A stretch of 64,000 bases of DNA from Gemmatimonas sp. (GTDB taxonomy: Bacteria; Gemmatimonadota; Gemmatimonadetes; Gemmatimonadales; Gemmatimonadaceae), in NCBI RefSeq assembly GCF_027531815.1, contig NZ_JAPZSK010000011.1, positions 4,223 through 68,222 on the forward strand, written 5' to 3'. The position numbers were made by a program, and so were the translations under genes. The notes under the pieces were generated by a model that saw only the letters and a list, made by a program, of their open reading frames with translations, was not told where the DNA came from and did no database searches. Of the stretch, positions 1 to 9,647 are shown piece by piece (position 1 is the stretch's first letter; every line of letters starts with the position of its first letter).

Positions 1-139
1 GCGAATGGAACGTCACGCTGCGATGCGTCTGCGAGCGATGCAGGAACAGCGTCACGCAGATGTTGGTGAGGTGGCCTGCCACCAGAACGAAGACGACCGG
101 CTTCCACCAGTCGCTCGCCCAGCTTCCGAACTCGGGCAT
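1..139 (-). CDS. Fatty acid (acyl-CoA) desaturase, N-terminal part only; gene runs off the left edge
   Basis: Manual translation from ATG at 139: MPEFGSWASDWWKPVVFVLVAGHLTNICVTLFLHRSQTHRSVTF. Hydrophobic segment followed by the first desaturase His box (HRSQTH). GGAG 6 nt upstream. Not in the ORF track because it is truncated. Confidence 0.8.
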   Translation of the reverse strand, partial: MPEFGSWASDWWKPVVFVLVAGHLTNICVTLFLHRSQTHRSVTFHS

Positions 140-254
140 GTACTGCTCCAGAACTATTGAACACACGACGCCGCCGCGTGGCGGCAACGGGGGAACTTAA
201 TGACGCGTGGCGTTCGCCGCTGCGGGGCTTCGTCACCACCCCTTCGGCTGTCTT

Positions 255-392
255 CGCGCTGGCCGCCACCGCATCACGGCCGAAGACACCGAAGAGTACG
301 TTGCCGAACGAGCGGTTCATCGCCGTCGACATCACGATGGACCACATGAACCCGCTGGCGCCGACGGCCGATCCCTGCACGGCCACGATCAC
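255..392 (-). pseudogene. Probable relic fragment of NAD(P) transhydrogenase beta subunit (pntB)
   Basis: Minus-strand translation VIVAVQGSAVGASGFMWSIVMSTAMNRSFGNVLFGVFG resembles the conserved PntB segment G.LVGxSG.ILxxIMCKAMNRSxxxVxxGGFG. No intact gene around it. Confidence 0.5.
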
Positions 393-507
393 GCCGCACC
401 GGCCAGTCGGAATGCAACGGAACCCCGGCCGCCGCTTGTCAGCGCAGGGGCCGGGGCGTTGGCCGTTGCGCAACCACAATCCCGATACGGTCGTTCCCTA
501 TCTCACC

Positions 508-1398
508 TCACGTGGCCGGTCCGGACCTGTGGCGCGCAAACCACTCCTGAACACGATCCGCCACCTCGTCGCGGTCGTAGTCGGCGGAGATGATGTGCCC
601 CGAGTTGGAGAGCCAATGCTGCGACTTCTCACGCGCGCCAATTGCCGCAAAGTGGCGCTGTGCTGCGTCTTCAGTGATCCGATTATCGTGCACTGACTGG
701 ATATAAAGCGTGGGGAGCGTGAGCGCCTCCAGGGCGCGTTCGGCGGCCAGCGCCACCGTACGCAGCGCCAGCAGCGCGCCAGCCGTGACAATGCCCGGAC
801 CGAGCGCCGCACGACGCGCCTCGGGGTCATGGATGGACCGTTCGGCGCCGGGTGAGCGGTGGTACTTGGCCGGACTGAGGCGGGCGAGGCGAAACTTCCA
901 CCCGAGCTGTGGCTCGAGCCCAATGAAGGGCGCCAGCAGCACGAGCGCCCGCACATCGGGCTGGCTGGTGGCCAGCGACACGGCCAGCGCACCGCCCATG
1001 CTCTGGCCGCACACGAACAGAGCGTCGTGCCCCTCGCGCAGCACCGCATACTCGGCCGCCACCGCCCGCTGCCAGGCGCCGGCCCGTGCATCGCGGGCCA
1101 GCTCCGGCAACGCACAGCCGTGGCCGGGAAGTCGCGGCACCTGTACGGTGTAGCCGGCGGCGTGCAGGCGCGCCGCCAGGTAGCGCATCGACTGCGGGGT
1201 GTCGTTGAAGCCGTGCAGCAGCAGCACCGCCGCCCCGTTCGTTCCGGCGAGTGCGAACGCCTCGCCACCAATCACCACTCCCTGCGCACTGCGCGGACGA
1301 CGGGCGGCATCGGCAGCCTCGAAGCGCTGCGCAACCTGTCGCCGCCAGAGCGCCACGCCGAGCGCCGCCGACAGCACTACCGATGCGGCGGCCAGCAT
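508..1398 (-). CDS. Alpha/beta-fold hydrolase (carboxylesterase/lipase) with N-terminal membrane anchor
   Basis: HGFNDTP oxyanion motif, GQSMGG nucleophile elbow, SGHII catalytic His region, hydrophobic N-terminus. Confidence 0.85.
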   Translation of the reverse strand: MLAAASVVLSAALGVALWRRQVAQRFEAADAARRPRSAQGVVIGGEAFALAGTNGAAVLLLHGFNDTPQSMRYLAARLHAAGYTVQVPRLPGHGCALPELARDARAGAWQRAVAAEYAVLREGHDALFVCGQSMGGALAVSLATSQPDVRALVLLAPFIGLEPQLGWKFRLARLSPAKYHRSPGAERSIHDPEARRAALGPGIVTAGALLALRTVALAAERALEALTLPTLYIQSVHDNRITEDAAQRHFAAIGAREKSQHWLSNSGHIISADYDRDEVADRVQEWFARHRSGPAT

Positions 1399-1413
1399 GA
1401 GGCAGGCGCCCCG

Positions 1414-1734
1414 TCAGTAGCGCGGAAGCGACGGATCCACATCGAGGCTCCACGCATCGATGCCACCGTCGATGTTGATGAGCGACGAGAAGCCGTGCTG
1501 GGCCAGCCAGTTGGCGGCCATTTCGCTGCGCATGCCATGGTGACAGAGCAGCGCGTACGTGCGCGACGTGTCGAGCGTGTGCACCTGCGCCGGCAGCGTG
1601 GAAAGCGGAATGCGCGTGCTGCCTGCGATGTGGGCGATGTCCCACTCCCACTGCTCACGCACGTCGATGATGTGTGGCGGGTTGTCGCCCTTCAGCAGCC
1701 CAGCGATGTCCTGAACGGATTTGTGTTCGACCAC
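1414..1734 (-). CDS. Rhodanese-like domain protein
   Basis: IIDVREQWEWDIAHIAGS and CHHGMRS active-site loop, IDGGIDAW. Confidence 0.9.
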   Translation of the reverse strand: MVEHKSVQDIAGLLKGDNPPHIIDVREQWEWDIAHIAGSTRIPLSTLPAQVHTLDTSRTYALLCHHGMRSEMAANWLAQHGFSSLINIDGGIDAWSLDVDPSLPRY

Positions 1735-1775
1735 GATCGACCCTTGTGAGTGAGTGTTGTTGAACTGCTCGCCGT

Positions 1776-3911
1776 TTACCGCTTCGCGGTCAGGGCCGCG
1801 CGCGCGGTATCGAGCGCCTTCGCCGCCGCCTCGAAGCGCGCGACGAGGTCAGCAACCTCGGCCTGCGTCTCCGCCTCGGTGCCGTAGCGAATGGCCTCGT
1901 TCACGCCGGGGAAGACCATGCTCGAATACCCGTTGTCCACATCCGACGCGTAAATGAGCGTGCGATACCACGGCCGGCTCTTGAGGCCACCGTCGCGGGC
2001 GAAGCTGCGCTCGACCGTGAGCAGTGCGGCGTTGGCCGCGGTGCGCTGCGCCTTGCTGACCGTGCCCGCCAGCGCCGTGTCCCGGGCCGCGGCAAAGGCC
2101 ACGGCGGCGCGTTCGAGGGTGGTGATGGCCGACGCGAGCGAACCCACCGGCGCGCTGCTCCACCCCTTTTGCGCGAGGCCGCGCTCGACCGGCGTCAGAT
2201 AGCGGCGCATCGTGCGCGCAAACTCCGCGTAATCGTACGGCAGCACCTCGGCGTTGGCGAGGCGCAGCGCGAACGCCGCGCCGATGCGCCCCGAGGCGGC
2301 ATGATAGAGGAACTCCGGATCGCCGAAGCGCTCCATCCACGCGAAGGTGTCGTACGCCGAATGATAGGTGCCGGCGGGACCGCCGAAGCCCCAGTCGGCG
2401 GTGGGGATGCCGAAATGATTGTAGAAGCCGGCGAAGTCGCTGCCGCCCCCCGGGTCTCCCATGTTGGGTTCGAGCGAATCCGCGCGCGTGCCGCTGGTCT
2501 GGCGCCACGCCTGATACACGGAGCCGCGCCCCTTGGGGTCGGGCACGCTCTTCACCACATCACGCAGGATGGCGCGCATGCTGGGGCTGCCGCCACCGCC
2601 GAACTGCGACCCCTGCGCCGACACATCCTGATTGAGATACGCCACCGCGCCGCGCTTGAGTCGCAGCGAGTCGTCTTCCACGTACTCGGTGCTCCCCATG
2701 AGTCCCCACTCCTCCGCGTCCCACGTGGCGAAGACGATGGTGCGCTTGGGGCGCTGCCCTTTCCTGGCGAGGTCGGTGAGCGCGTGCGCCGCCTCGAGCA
2801 CACTCACCGTACCGCTGACATTGTCGGCGGCCCCCGGCCCCCACGAGTCGCGATGCGCGCCAATGTACACGTACTGATCGGGAAACTCGGAGCCGCGCAG
2901 ATAGCCGAGGGTGTTGTGGATCTGCTTGGTACCGTTGGTGGCGGCATCGGTGGTGACCGACACGCGCAGCCGTACCGGCCCGGGCCCCACGTGGTAGCGC
3001 AGCGCCATGCCGCCCTGCCAGCTGCGCGGAATGTCGGTGCCGCGCACGGCGGCGAGAATCGTTTGCGCGTTGGCGGCGCTGATGGGCACGACGGGAATGC
3101 GCGGCAGCGTCGTCTGCTCGGGGGTGAGGCGCGGCGCCCCCGGCGTGCTGGCATAGCCCGGCGTAAGCGGATCGCCGGTGCCGTTGAACACACTCCCCCG
3201 CTGCACGCCGCGCAGCGGCCGCATGGGTCCCTCGGGATACACATCGCCGGTCACGAAGCCGTCGTCGAGCGGGTCCGTGTAGATGAGCAGCGCCACGGCG
3301 CCGCGCTTCTGCGCCTCACGCGCCTTGATGCCGCGGAAGCTGCGGCCGTAGCGCGCGAGCACCACCTTGCCCTGTACGCTCACGCCCAGTGAATCGAGTG
3401 TGGCGTAGTCCTCGATGAGCCCGAAGTTCACGAACACCACCTCCCCTTCACCCACCCCGGCACCGCTCGAGCCGTTCACGGTGAGGTACTGCGGCAGCTG
3501 CGTCGCGGCATCGCCCGCCACCGGTGGCTCGGTGAGATCGAGCGTGACCGGATCACTGCCGAGGATGGTGACCGACACGGCCGTGGCGTGCGGCAGCCAC
3601 ACGGCGTAGCTGCGCAGCTCCGTGTCGAGCCCCATCGCCTTCATCTGCGCCATGACGTAGTCGGCGGTGCGCTGCTGCGCCGGCGTGCCCGCCACGTGCG
3701 GTTCCTTCGACAGCGCCGCCGAGTGGGCGCGCGCCCGCGAGGCCACCGGGCCGGCAATGGCGGCCTGCTCGAGCTGTCGCTGCGCCGCCGCCGTTGCCGG
3801 TGCATAGCCGGGCATGGGTGGCAGCGGCTGTGCCTCGAGTCGGGCGAGTGCCGGCATGGCCAGCACCAGACCGGTCGTGATGAGGCGGGAACTCCTGGTG
3901 GCACGCGTCAT
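1776..3911 (-). CDS. M28 family peptidase, glutamate carboxypeptidase II / transferrin-receptor-like (PA domain plus dimerisation domain), secreted
   Basis: GAHRDSW, GAADNVSG, WDAEEWGL, YLNQD, GGSDF and YHSAYD zinc-ligand motifs; RYGRSFRG PA domain; signal peptide. Start moved to the ATG at 3911. Confidence 0.9.
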   Translation of the reverse strand: MTRATRSSRLITTGLVLAMPALARLEAQPLPPMPGYAPATAAAQRQLEQAAIAGPVASRARAHSAALSKEPHVAGTPAQQRTADYVMAQMKAMGLDTELRSYAVWLPHATAVSVTILGSDPVTLDLTEPPVAGDAATQLPQYLTVNGSSGAGVGEGEVVFVNFGLIEDYATLDSLGVSVQGKVVLARYGRSFRGIKAREAQKRGAVALLIYTDPLDDGFVTGDVYPEGPMRPLRGVQRGSVFNGTGDPLTPGYASTPGAPRLTPEQTTLPRIPVVPISAANAQTILAAVRGTDIPRSWQGGMALRYHVGPGPVRLRVSVTTDAATNGTKQIHNTLGYLRGSEFPDQYVYIGAHRDSWGPGAADNVSGTVSVLEAAHALTDLARKGQRPKRTIVFATWDAEEWGLMGSTEYVEDDSLRLKRGAVAYLNQDVSAQGSQFGGGGSPSMRAILRDVVKSVPDPKGRGSVYQAWRQTSGTRADSLEPNMGDPGGGSDFAGFYNHFGIPTADWGFGGPAGTYHSAYDTFAWMERFGDPEFLYHAASGRIGAAFALRLANAEVLPYDYAEFARTMRRYLTPVERGLAQKGWSSAPVGSLASAITTLERAAVAFAAARDTALAGTVSKAQRTAANAALLTVERSFARDGGLKSRPWYRTLIYASDVDNGYSSMVFPGVNEAIRYGTEAETQAEVADLVARFEAAAKALDTARAALTAKR

Positions 3912-3990
3912 GGTGGGCCGGAAAGGATGAAGGGGCGGGTGCATATCCCGTATCCTACGGCCTTCAGCGACATCTCGCTGTCCCGCGTCC

Positions 3991-4581
3991 TCAGCCCGCC
4001 TCGTACTCCTCGGCTGCACGCAGCAGCGCCTGCTGCAGCAGCGCCTCGCGATCGGCCCCCTCCGGCAGCGCCGCAGTGAGCGCGGCGAACTGGCGCAGCA
4101 TTTCGTCTTCCAGCTGCGCGCGCGTGGGGGAGTTTACCCCCAGCACGGCCAACGACAGCACGGCCACGTCACGCAGCTGCCGCACCGTCTCATCGTCGAG
4201 CCCGTGGAGACTGGAGGGACGCGGCGGTGGTGCCGGCTTCTCGCGGCGGCGCTTGGGCGTCTCGAAGAGTGCCGTAACCGGCGCAAACGTGACGACGAAA
4301 GACCCCGGCGTGTGCTCGGCGTAGCCCGCAATCACGTTGCGTCGGCGCAGGGAGGGGAGCAGCCGCACGATCGCTTCGCGTACCGGCGAGTACCCATCCA
4401 CACTGTTGTTGCCGCGCCCCGTGATCACGAGCGCTTCGTCGGCGCCGAGCACCTGCTGCTCGCGCAACCACTGTTCCGCGAGAGCGGTGGCCTGCAGCGC
4501 CGTCGGCTGCAGCGCCCGCAGGTTGAGGGTGCGCTGCCCGCCGAAACGCAGTTCGTCGAAGGCGCGGTCGAGGCTCGTCAT
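3991..4581 (-). CDS. Smr/MutS2-like domain protein
   Basis: LNLR...A...WL...ALVITGRGNNS...G...G Smr-like pattern with a helical C-terminal extension. Confidence 0.65.
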   Translation of the reverse strand: MTSLDRAFDELRFGGQRTLNLRALQPTALQATALAEQWLREQQVLGADEALVITGRGNNSVDGYSPVREAIVRLLPSLRRRNVIAGYAEHTPGSFVVTFAPVTALFETPKRRREKPAPPPRPSSLHGLDDETVRQLRDVAVLSLAVLGVNSPTRAQLEDEMLRQFAALTAALPEGADREALLQQALLRAAEEYEAG

Positions 4582-4648
4582 GCGAGGTGAACGCCGTGTG
4601 GACGCCGTTGGTGCGCAGGATGTGCGCGACGCGTGGGCAGCGGGGTGG

Positions 4649-6253
4649 TCAGCGTCGCGCCCTGGGGGTGCCGGGGCGCGTGGTGAGCACCGGGGTCAGC
4701 ACCACGCCGTCGATGCGCTCGATGGGCACCACCTGCGCCAGTTCGGCCAACGTGGGCGCCACGTCCACCGAACGGATGGGCATGGCGTAGCGCCCCGGCT
4801 TCACCCCCGGTCCCAGGAACAGCACGGGAATCTTGGCGTCGAGATCGTAGGGCATGCCGTGCGTGGCGTAGCGCGTGGTGAACACGTAGTAGCCAGGCTT
4901 GAAGGTGACGGTGAGGGCCACCTGCATGTCGGTGGGCAACGAGTTGCGCCAGCGGCGCGCGACCTTGTCACCCCGCGCCGCGGCGGGGGCGAGTTCCGCC
5001 ACCCGATACACGCTGGCCATCCCCGGCAGCGTGAGCAGCCCGCTGCGCACCACGGTAATCACCGAGTCGGCGTTGATCCCCTTGGCAGCAAATCGGCGGC
5101 GGTCCACCATGACCATCTTGTCCTGATAGACGAGCGCATCGGTTTCGAGTCCGCGGGCCACCAGCGCGCTGCGCACCGCATCGATGACCGGGCGCACATC
5201 CACCCGGCCGCGGTTGGGGTCGGTGCCCGCGAACGACGCTTCGGGGTACGGCGTCACACCGTGATCGGCGCCCAGCGCAAAGACGATGCGCGTGGAGTCG
5301 CGCATGGCGTAGAGCGAATCGATGAAGCGACCAAGCAGCCGATCGACGCGCAGCACCTGATCGTGCAGCTCCTTGGAGTCCGGACCCCAGGCGTGGCCGA
5401 TGGCGTCGGTGGTGGAGAGCGACACCGCCAGCACGTCGGTGGTGGGGCCCTTGCCGAGGTCCATGGCCACCACGCCCGCCAGCGCCATGTCCACCGTGTA
5501 GTCGTCCATCCAGGGGAAGGAGCTCAGCGAATCGAGGCCGCGCCGCCGGTCGGTGCCCAGGGTATGCGGGAAGGCGATGTCCTTGCCTTCATGCTCGTAG
5601 GCCACGCTGTCGCGCTCCGGGTACGCCGAGGCGGGGAGGAGCGGGTTCCACGTCTGGCCGAGGTACTTGGCGGCACCGTCGCGCGCATTGAACTGCTGCA
5701 CCCACGTGGGGAGTGTATCGGCGTAGTAGCGGCTCGTGGTGAAGCGCCCGTCGAGTCCGTACCAGTAGACCTGCTGCTTGGCCTTGCCGAGGGGCAGGAT
5801 GGCGCCGCGATCCTTGCGTGAGACGGAGAGCGCCCGCGAGAACTGGTCGCGCGCCCGAATCCAGTCGAAGAGTGCGCTGCCCCGGAAGCGCCACGGGGAT
5901 GCGCCGCCGCCGCGCCCGAGCAGCAGCGGCGTTTGCGCGTCGGCCACCCCGAGGTCGTTGATGACGATGCCGGTGTTGGCGGGGACGCGCCCCGACCAGA
6001 GCGTTGCGTGCCCTGGCGCGGTTTCGGTGGTGGCGTGATCGTGGAACGCCTGCGTGAAGAACGCGCCCTGCGTGAGGAACCGCTTGAAGCCGCCGGTGAA
6101 CTGCGGCGCCCACCGCTCGAGGTAGTCGGGGCGCAGCTGGTCGATCGTGATCTGCACGATCAGCGTGGGCTTGGCGGGGCGCGGCGTCGGCTGCGCGGCG
6201 ACGACCGTGGGCAGCGCGAGCGCGAGGGCGGCGGCGAGGGAGCGAGAGGACAT
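4649..6253 (-). CDS. Alkaline phosphatase / nucleotide pyrophosphatase superfamily protein (PafA-like), secreted
   Basis: ITIDQLRPDY, TETAPGHATL (Thr nucleophile), SRKDRGAI, TDAIGHAWGP, LGADHG, THG; signal peptide. Confidence 0.88.
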   Translation of the reverse strand: MSSRSLAAALALALPTVVAAQPTPRPAKPTLIVQITIDQLRPDYLERWAPQFTGGFKRFLTQGAFFTQAFHDHATTETAPGHATLWSGRVPANTGIVINDLGVADAQTPLLLGRGGGASPWRFRGSALFDWIRARDQFSRALSVSRKDRGAILPLGKAKQQVYWYGLDGRFTTSRYYADTLPTWVQQFNARDGAAKYLGQTWNPLLPASAYPERDSVAYEHEGKDIAFPHTLGTDRRRGLDSLSSFPWMDDYTVDMALAGVVAMDLGKGPTTDVLAVSLSTTDAIGHAWGPDSKELHDQVLRVDRLLGRFIDSLYAMRDSTRIVFALGADHGVTPYPEASFAGTDPNRGRVDVRPVIDAVRSALVARGLETDALVYQDKMVMVDRRRFAAKGINADSVITVVRSGLLTLPGMASVYRVAELAPAAARGDKVARRWRNSLPTDMQVALTVTFKPGYYVFTTRYATHGMPYDLDAKIPVLFLGPGVKPGRYAMPIRSVDVAPTLAELAQVVPIERIDGVVLTPVLTTRPGTPRARR

Positions 6254-6578
6254 GCGCGAAATCTAGCGCGGGGGCGCCGCTGCCCTGAAGCCGGTACACA
6301 ACTGGCACATCACCGGTGTCCCGTCCGGCCTCGTGCGCGTCGCCGGATCGGCGCGCCAGGACAGGGACTCCACCACCGATGAATCAGCCACGCAGGCTGG
6401 TGCACTTCGCGGTTGCATCACGCGAGTGCACCGCGTGGACGCCGCACCGATCACGGAGGCACGTGATGGCGCCGTGAATATTGTGCGGAAACGCAAAATG
6501 CAACAGAGGGTCGGCAAAGATTGCGACATCGTGGATATCGCACACGTCGGTGCGTGCCGGCACGTTCCGGCGCGCCGT

Positions 6579-7226
6579 TCAGCGCGCGGGCTTCCGTCGC
6601 GCCACTTCCGCCGCCGTCGCGCGCGCCGCATGGGTCGCGAGCTCGGACAGTCCGTGCACCACGCCAGCGATGTCGGCATCCGACCGGTTCTGACTCAGCT
6701 TGTACTTCCCCTCGAGCGCGTCGATGCGAACCGTGACGCCCACGATCCCGCGCATCTGTGCCTCGAGGTACTCGCGCGGGGCGTCGTGCATGGCCCAGGG
6801 ATGCGCCTGCGCCGCCTCATGCACATCGGTGAGTTGCGCCAGGTGCGTCTCCAGCCACGCGACATCCTCGTGCAGGGTGACAGTGCCTTGCACGTGCACC
6901 GCGATGTAGTTCCAGGTGGGCACGACCCGACCCGTCTCCTGCTTGCTCGCATACCAGGATGGTGTGACGTAGTGGTCCACGCCCGAGAACACCACGAGAC
7001 CGGGCATGGTGGTGCCCGGTGCCGGCAGCAGCCGCACATGCGGATTGGCCCGCGCCAGATGCCCACGCAACAGCCCCGCCTCACGGTCGAGGTGCAGCGG
7101 CACGTGCGTGGCGTACGGGGCATCGGCAGCCTCGACTGCCGTGACCAGCACCGCCAGCGGATGCGCCGCCATGAAGTCGTACAGCGTGGCGCGGTCGGAC
7201 TCGCGGAAGGGGGCGGGGATGTACAT
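6579..7226 (-). CDS. paiB: FMN-binding negative transcriptional regulator (PaiB family)
   Basis: MYIPAPF, ATHVPL, GHLARANPH, YVTPSWY, VPTWNYIAVH, GKYKLSQNR. Confidence 0.9.
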   Translation of the reverse strand: MYIPAPFRESDRATLYDFMAAHPLAVLVTAVEAADAPYATHVPLHLDREAGLLRGHLARANPHVRLLPAPGTTMPGLVVFSGVDHYVTPSWYASKQETGRVVPTWNYIAVHVQGTVTLHEDVAWLETHLAQLTDVHEAAQAHPWAMHDAPREYLEAQMRGIVGVTVRIDALEGKYKLSQNRSDADIAGVVHGLSELATHAARATAAEVARRKPAR

Positions 7227-7260
7227 GGGTGATGGACGAGTGGGGGGACTTCAGAAAGGC

Positions 7261-7291
7261 GGCAGGTGGCAGGTGGCAGGGGGCAGGAGGC
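7261..7291. repeat. Degenerate heptamer tandem (GGCAGGN)x4
   Basis: ggcaggt ggcaggt ggcaggg ggcagga between the argD stop and paiB start. Confidence 0.8.
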
Positions 7292-7340
7292 GCTGTTCCA
7301 CGACGCCAGCCAACCACACCACCGCCAGACGCCACATCGG

Positions 7341-8561
7341 TCACCCGGTGATCGACGCTTCCAGTATCTCCAGTCCCGCCGCCAGCTCCGCCTGCGTGAT
7401 CACCAGCGGCGGCAGGAAGCGCAACGTGTGCTCGCCGGCGCTCACCAGCAGCAGCCCGCGGTCGAAGGCCCGCGCAATGATGGCCGCGGCCGGCTCATGC
7501 ACATCCATGCCCCACATGAGCCCCTTGCCGCGAATGGCGCGCACGGCGCCGGTGCGGTCGGCGATGCCCTGCAGCTGCTCCCCGAACCACGCCCCGGTTT
7601 CGCGGACATGCTGCAGCAGCGCCGGGTCGGAAAGCCGCTGCACCACGTGGTGCGCCACGTTCGCCAGCAGCGGGCCACCGCCGAAGGTGGTCCCGTGGTC
7701 CCCCGGCTGCATCACGCGCGCCACCTTGTCGTTGACGAGAATCGCCCCAATGGGCAAGCCGTTCGCCAACGGCTTCGCGATGGTGAGCATGTCGGGCTCG
7801 ATACCCAGCTGCTCGTACGCGAAGAACGACCCGGTGCGGCCCAGTCCGCACTGAATCTCATCGAGGATGAGCAGCACGTTGCGCTCACGCGTGAGCTCGC
7901 GCAGCCCGCGCAGGAACGCCGGCTCCACCACCCGCACCCCGCCCTCGCCCTGAATGGGCTCCACGATCACCGCCGCCGCCGTCTCGGGGTCGAGCACGGC
8001 GCGCAACTCGTCCAGATCGCGCTCGACGATGCTCACGCCCCCCATGAGCGGGCGGAACGGCAAGCGGTACGCCGGCCGGTCGGTGGCCGCGAGCGTGCCC
8101 GGCATGCGGCCATGAAAGGAGCCGCGCACCGCGATGATTTCGTGCTTCGACGGATGCTCGGTGCTGCGCGCCCAGCGCCGCGCGAACTTGAACGCCCCTT
8201 CGTTGGCCTCGGCCCCGGAGTTGGCGAAGAAGATGCTGCTCGCGAACGAGTGGTCCACGAACCACTGCGCGAGCGCCTCGCCCGGCGCCGTGCGGTAGAG
8301 ATTGGAGGTATGGATGAGCCCCGCCGCGAGCGCCTCCTGCACGGCCGCGTTCACCCCCGGGTCGTTGTGCCCCAGTGAAGTGACGGCGATGCCGGCCACG
8401 AAATCGAGATAGCGCTTCCCGGTCTCGTCGATCATGTAGACGCCCTCGCCTCGCACGAAGAGCGGCGCCTGTCGCTTGTACGTGCCCAGAATGGCGGGCA
8501 GCGGAGCGGGGGCGGTCGGCGTGGAGGCCGAAGCCACGGGCGGGAGCATCGTCGAAGTCAT
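7341..8561 (-). CDS. argD: Acetylornithine aminotransferase
   Basis: YLDFVAGIAVTSLGH, NSGAEANEGA, SFHGR, EPIQGEGG, DEIQCGLGRTG, AKPLANGLPIG, HGTTFGG, LRFLPPL; next to argB and argC. Confidence 0.93.
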   Translation of the reverse strand: MTSTMLPPVASASTPTAPAPLPAILGTYKRQAPLFVRGEGVYMIDETGKRYLDFVAGIAVTSLGHNDPGVNAAVQEALAAGLIHTSNLYRTAPGEALAQWFVDHSFASSIFFANSGAEANEGAFKFARRWARSTEHPSKHEIIAVRGSFHGRMPGTLAATDRPAYRLPFRPLMGGVSIVERDLDELRAVLDPETAAAVIVEPIQGEGGVRVVEPAFLRGLRELTRERNVLLILDEIQCGLGRTGSFFAYEQLGIEPDMLTIAKPLANGLPIGAILVNDKVARVMQPGDHGTTFGGGPLLANVAHHVVQRLSDPALLQHVRETGAWFGEQLQGIADRTGAVRAIRGKGLMWGMDVHEPAAAIIARAFDRGLLLVSAGEHTLRFLPPLVITQAELAAGLEILEASITG

Positions 8562-8566
8562 GGCAG

Positions 8567-9343
8567 CTACCTGGAAGTATCCGTGGCGTCCACGCGCGCC
8601 ACGATCGCGGTCCCCGCTGCGGGAACGGAGAGTGCGGCGAGATCCCCAATCCGCACCCGGGTCACACCACCCGCCAGCGCCATCGCGCAGGCGTCGAGCT
8701 TGGCGGCCATGCCGCCACCAGCCACGCCGCTGGTCACCAGCGCACGGGCATCGTCGAGCGTGAGCGTGGCGATGCGCTGCTTGTCGCCATCGAGCACCCC
8801 CGGCACATCGGCCATCAGGAAGAGTTCGGTGGCACCCAGGGCCGCCGCGATGGCGGCCGCTGCATCGTCACCGTTCACGTTGTACGCACCAGCCTCGCCG
8901 GCGTGCGCACGCGCGGCCACCGGCGAGATGACCGGCAGGTACCCGGCGTGCAGCAGCGCGTGCACCACACCTGGGGTCACGAGCGCCGGCGTGCCGCTGT
9001 GGCCGAACTGCGCCGTGTCGATGGGGGTGGCGCGCAGCAGCGCCGCGTCTTCGCCACTGATCCCCACCGCCGGTGCTCCCGCCGCCACGAGCGCGCTCAC
9101 CATCTGCTTGTTGGCAAGACCGCTCAGCACCATGCGCACCAGCTCCAGCGCGGTGTCGGTGGTGACGCGGCGCCCGCCAATGAACACCGGCTCCTCCCCG
9201 CGCAGCCGCTGCAGCGCGCTGATCTGATCGCCACCACCATGCACGACCACCACCTTGCCGCCGGTTGCGCGCCAGAGCGCGACAATCGCCTGCGGGAGGA
9301 GCGGGTCGTTCTGGGTGCGGCCGCCGAGCTTGATGCAGATCAT
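8567..9343 (-). CDS. argB: Acetylglutamate kinase
   Basis: IKLGG, VVVHGGG, GRRVT, YNVNGDDAA, GGMAAKL. Confidence 0.92.
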   Translation of the reverse strand: MICIKLGGRTQNDPLLPQAIVALWRATGGKVVVVHGGGDQISALQRLRGEEPVFIGGRRVTTDTALELVRMVLSGLANKQMVSALVAAGAPAVGISGEDAALLRATPIDTAQFGHSGTPALVTPGVVHALLHAGYLPVISPVAARAHAGEAGAYNVNGDDAAAAIAAALGATELFLMADVPGVLDGDKQRIATLTLDDARALVTSGVAGGGMAAKLDACAMALAGGVTRVRIGDLAALSVPAAGTAIVARVDATDTSR

Positions 9344-9374
9344 GGACGAGTACGGGTGTGGAGGCTGAGTGTGG

Positions 9375-9647
9375 TGTGTGCGACTTCAAGCAGACGGCAG
9401 ACGGCAGGAACTACAGTGAGCAGAACGGGAGGAATGCGGAGGACCTTGGCGAAGCCGGCGCTGCGCGCGGCTTCGATTGCAGCACACGGCGGGTTGGGGT
9501 GACCGGTCAGGGCCGAGACCACAACCACGACCCCGACAGGCTATCGGGTGCGCCGCGAAGCGGCCGCGCCCGAATATGCTACCGATTTCCTGCCGTTCTG
9601 CGTGCTGTCGTTCCTGCCGTCTGCCGTCTGCAGTTTGTCGCTCACCC
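9375..9647. repeat. Intergenic element with about 65-bp imperfect inverted arms
   Basis: Left arm 9375-9440 (gcgacttcaagcagacggcagacggcaggaactacag...) is the imperfect reverse complement of 9579-9647 (...gttcctgccgtctgccgtctgcagtttgtcgc). A third related copy lies at 54655-54720. Confidence 0.85.

Noticed and set aside
157-696. Plus-strand ORFs of 179 and 128 aa
   Set aside because: No motifs; they overlap the hydrolase 3' end and the pntB-like relic on the opposite strand.
6379-6477. 32-aa plus-strand small ORF
   Set aside because: No motif or coding signal that I can support.
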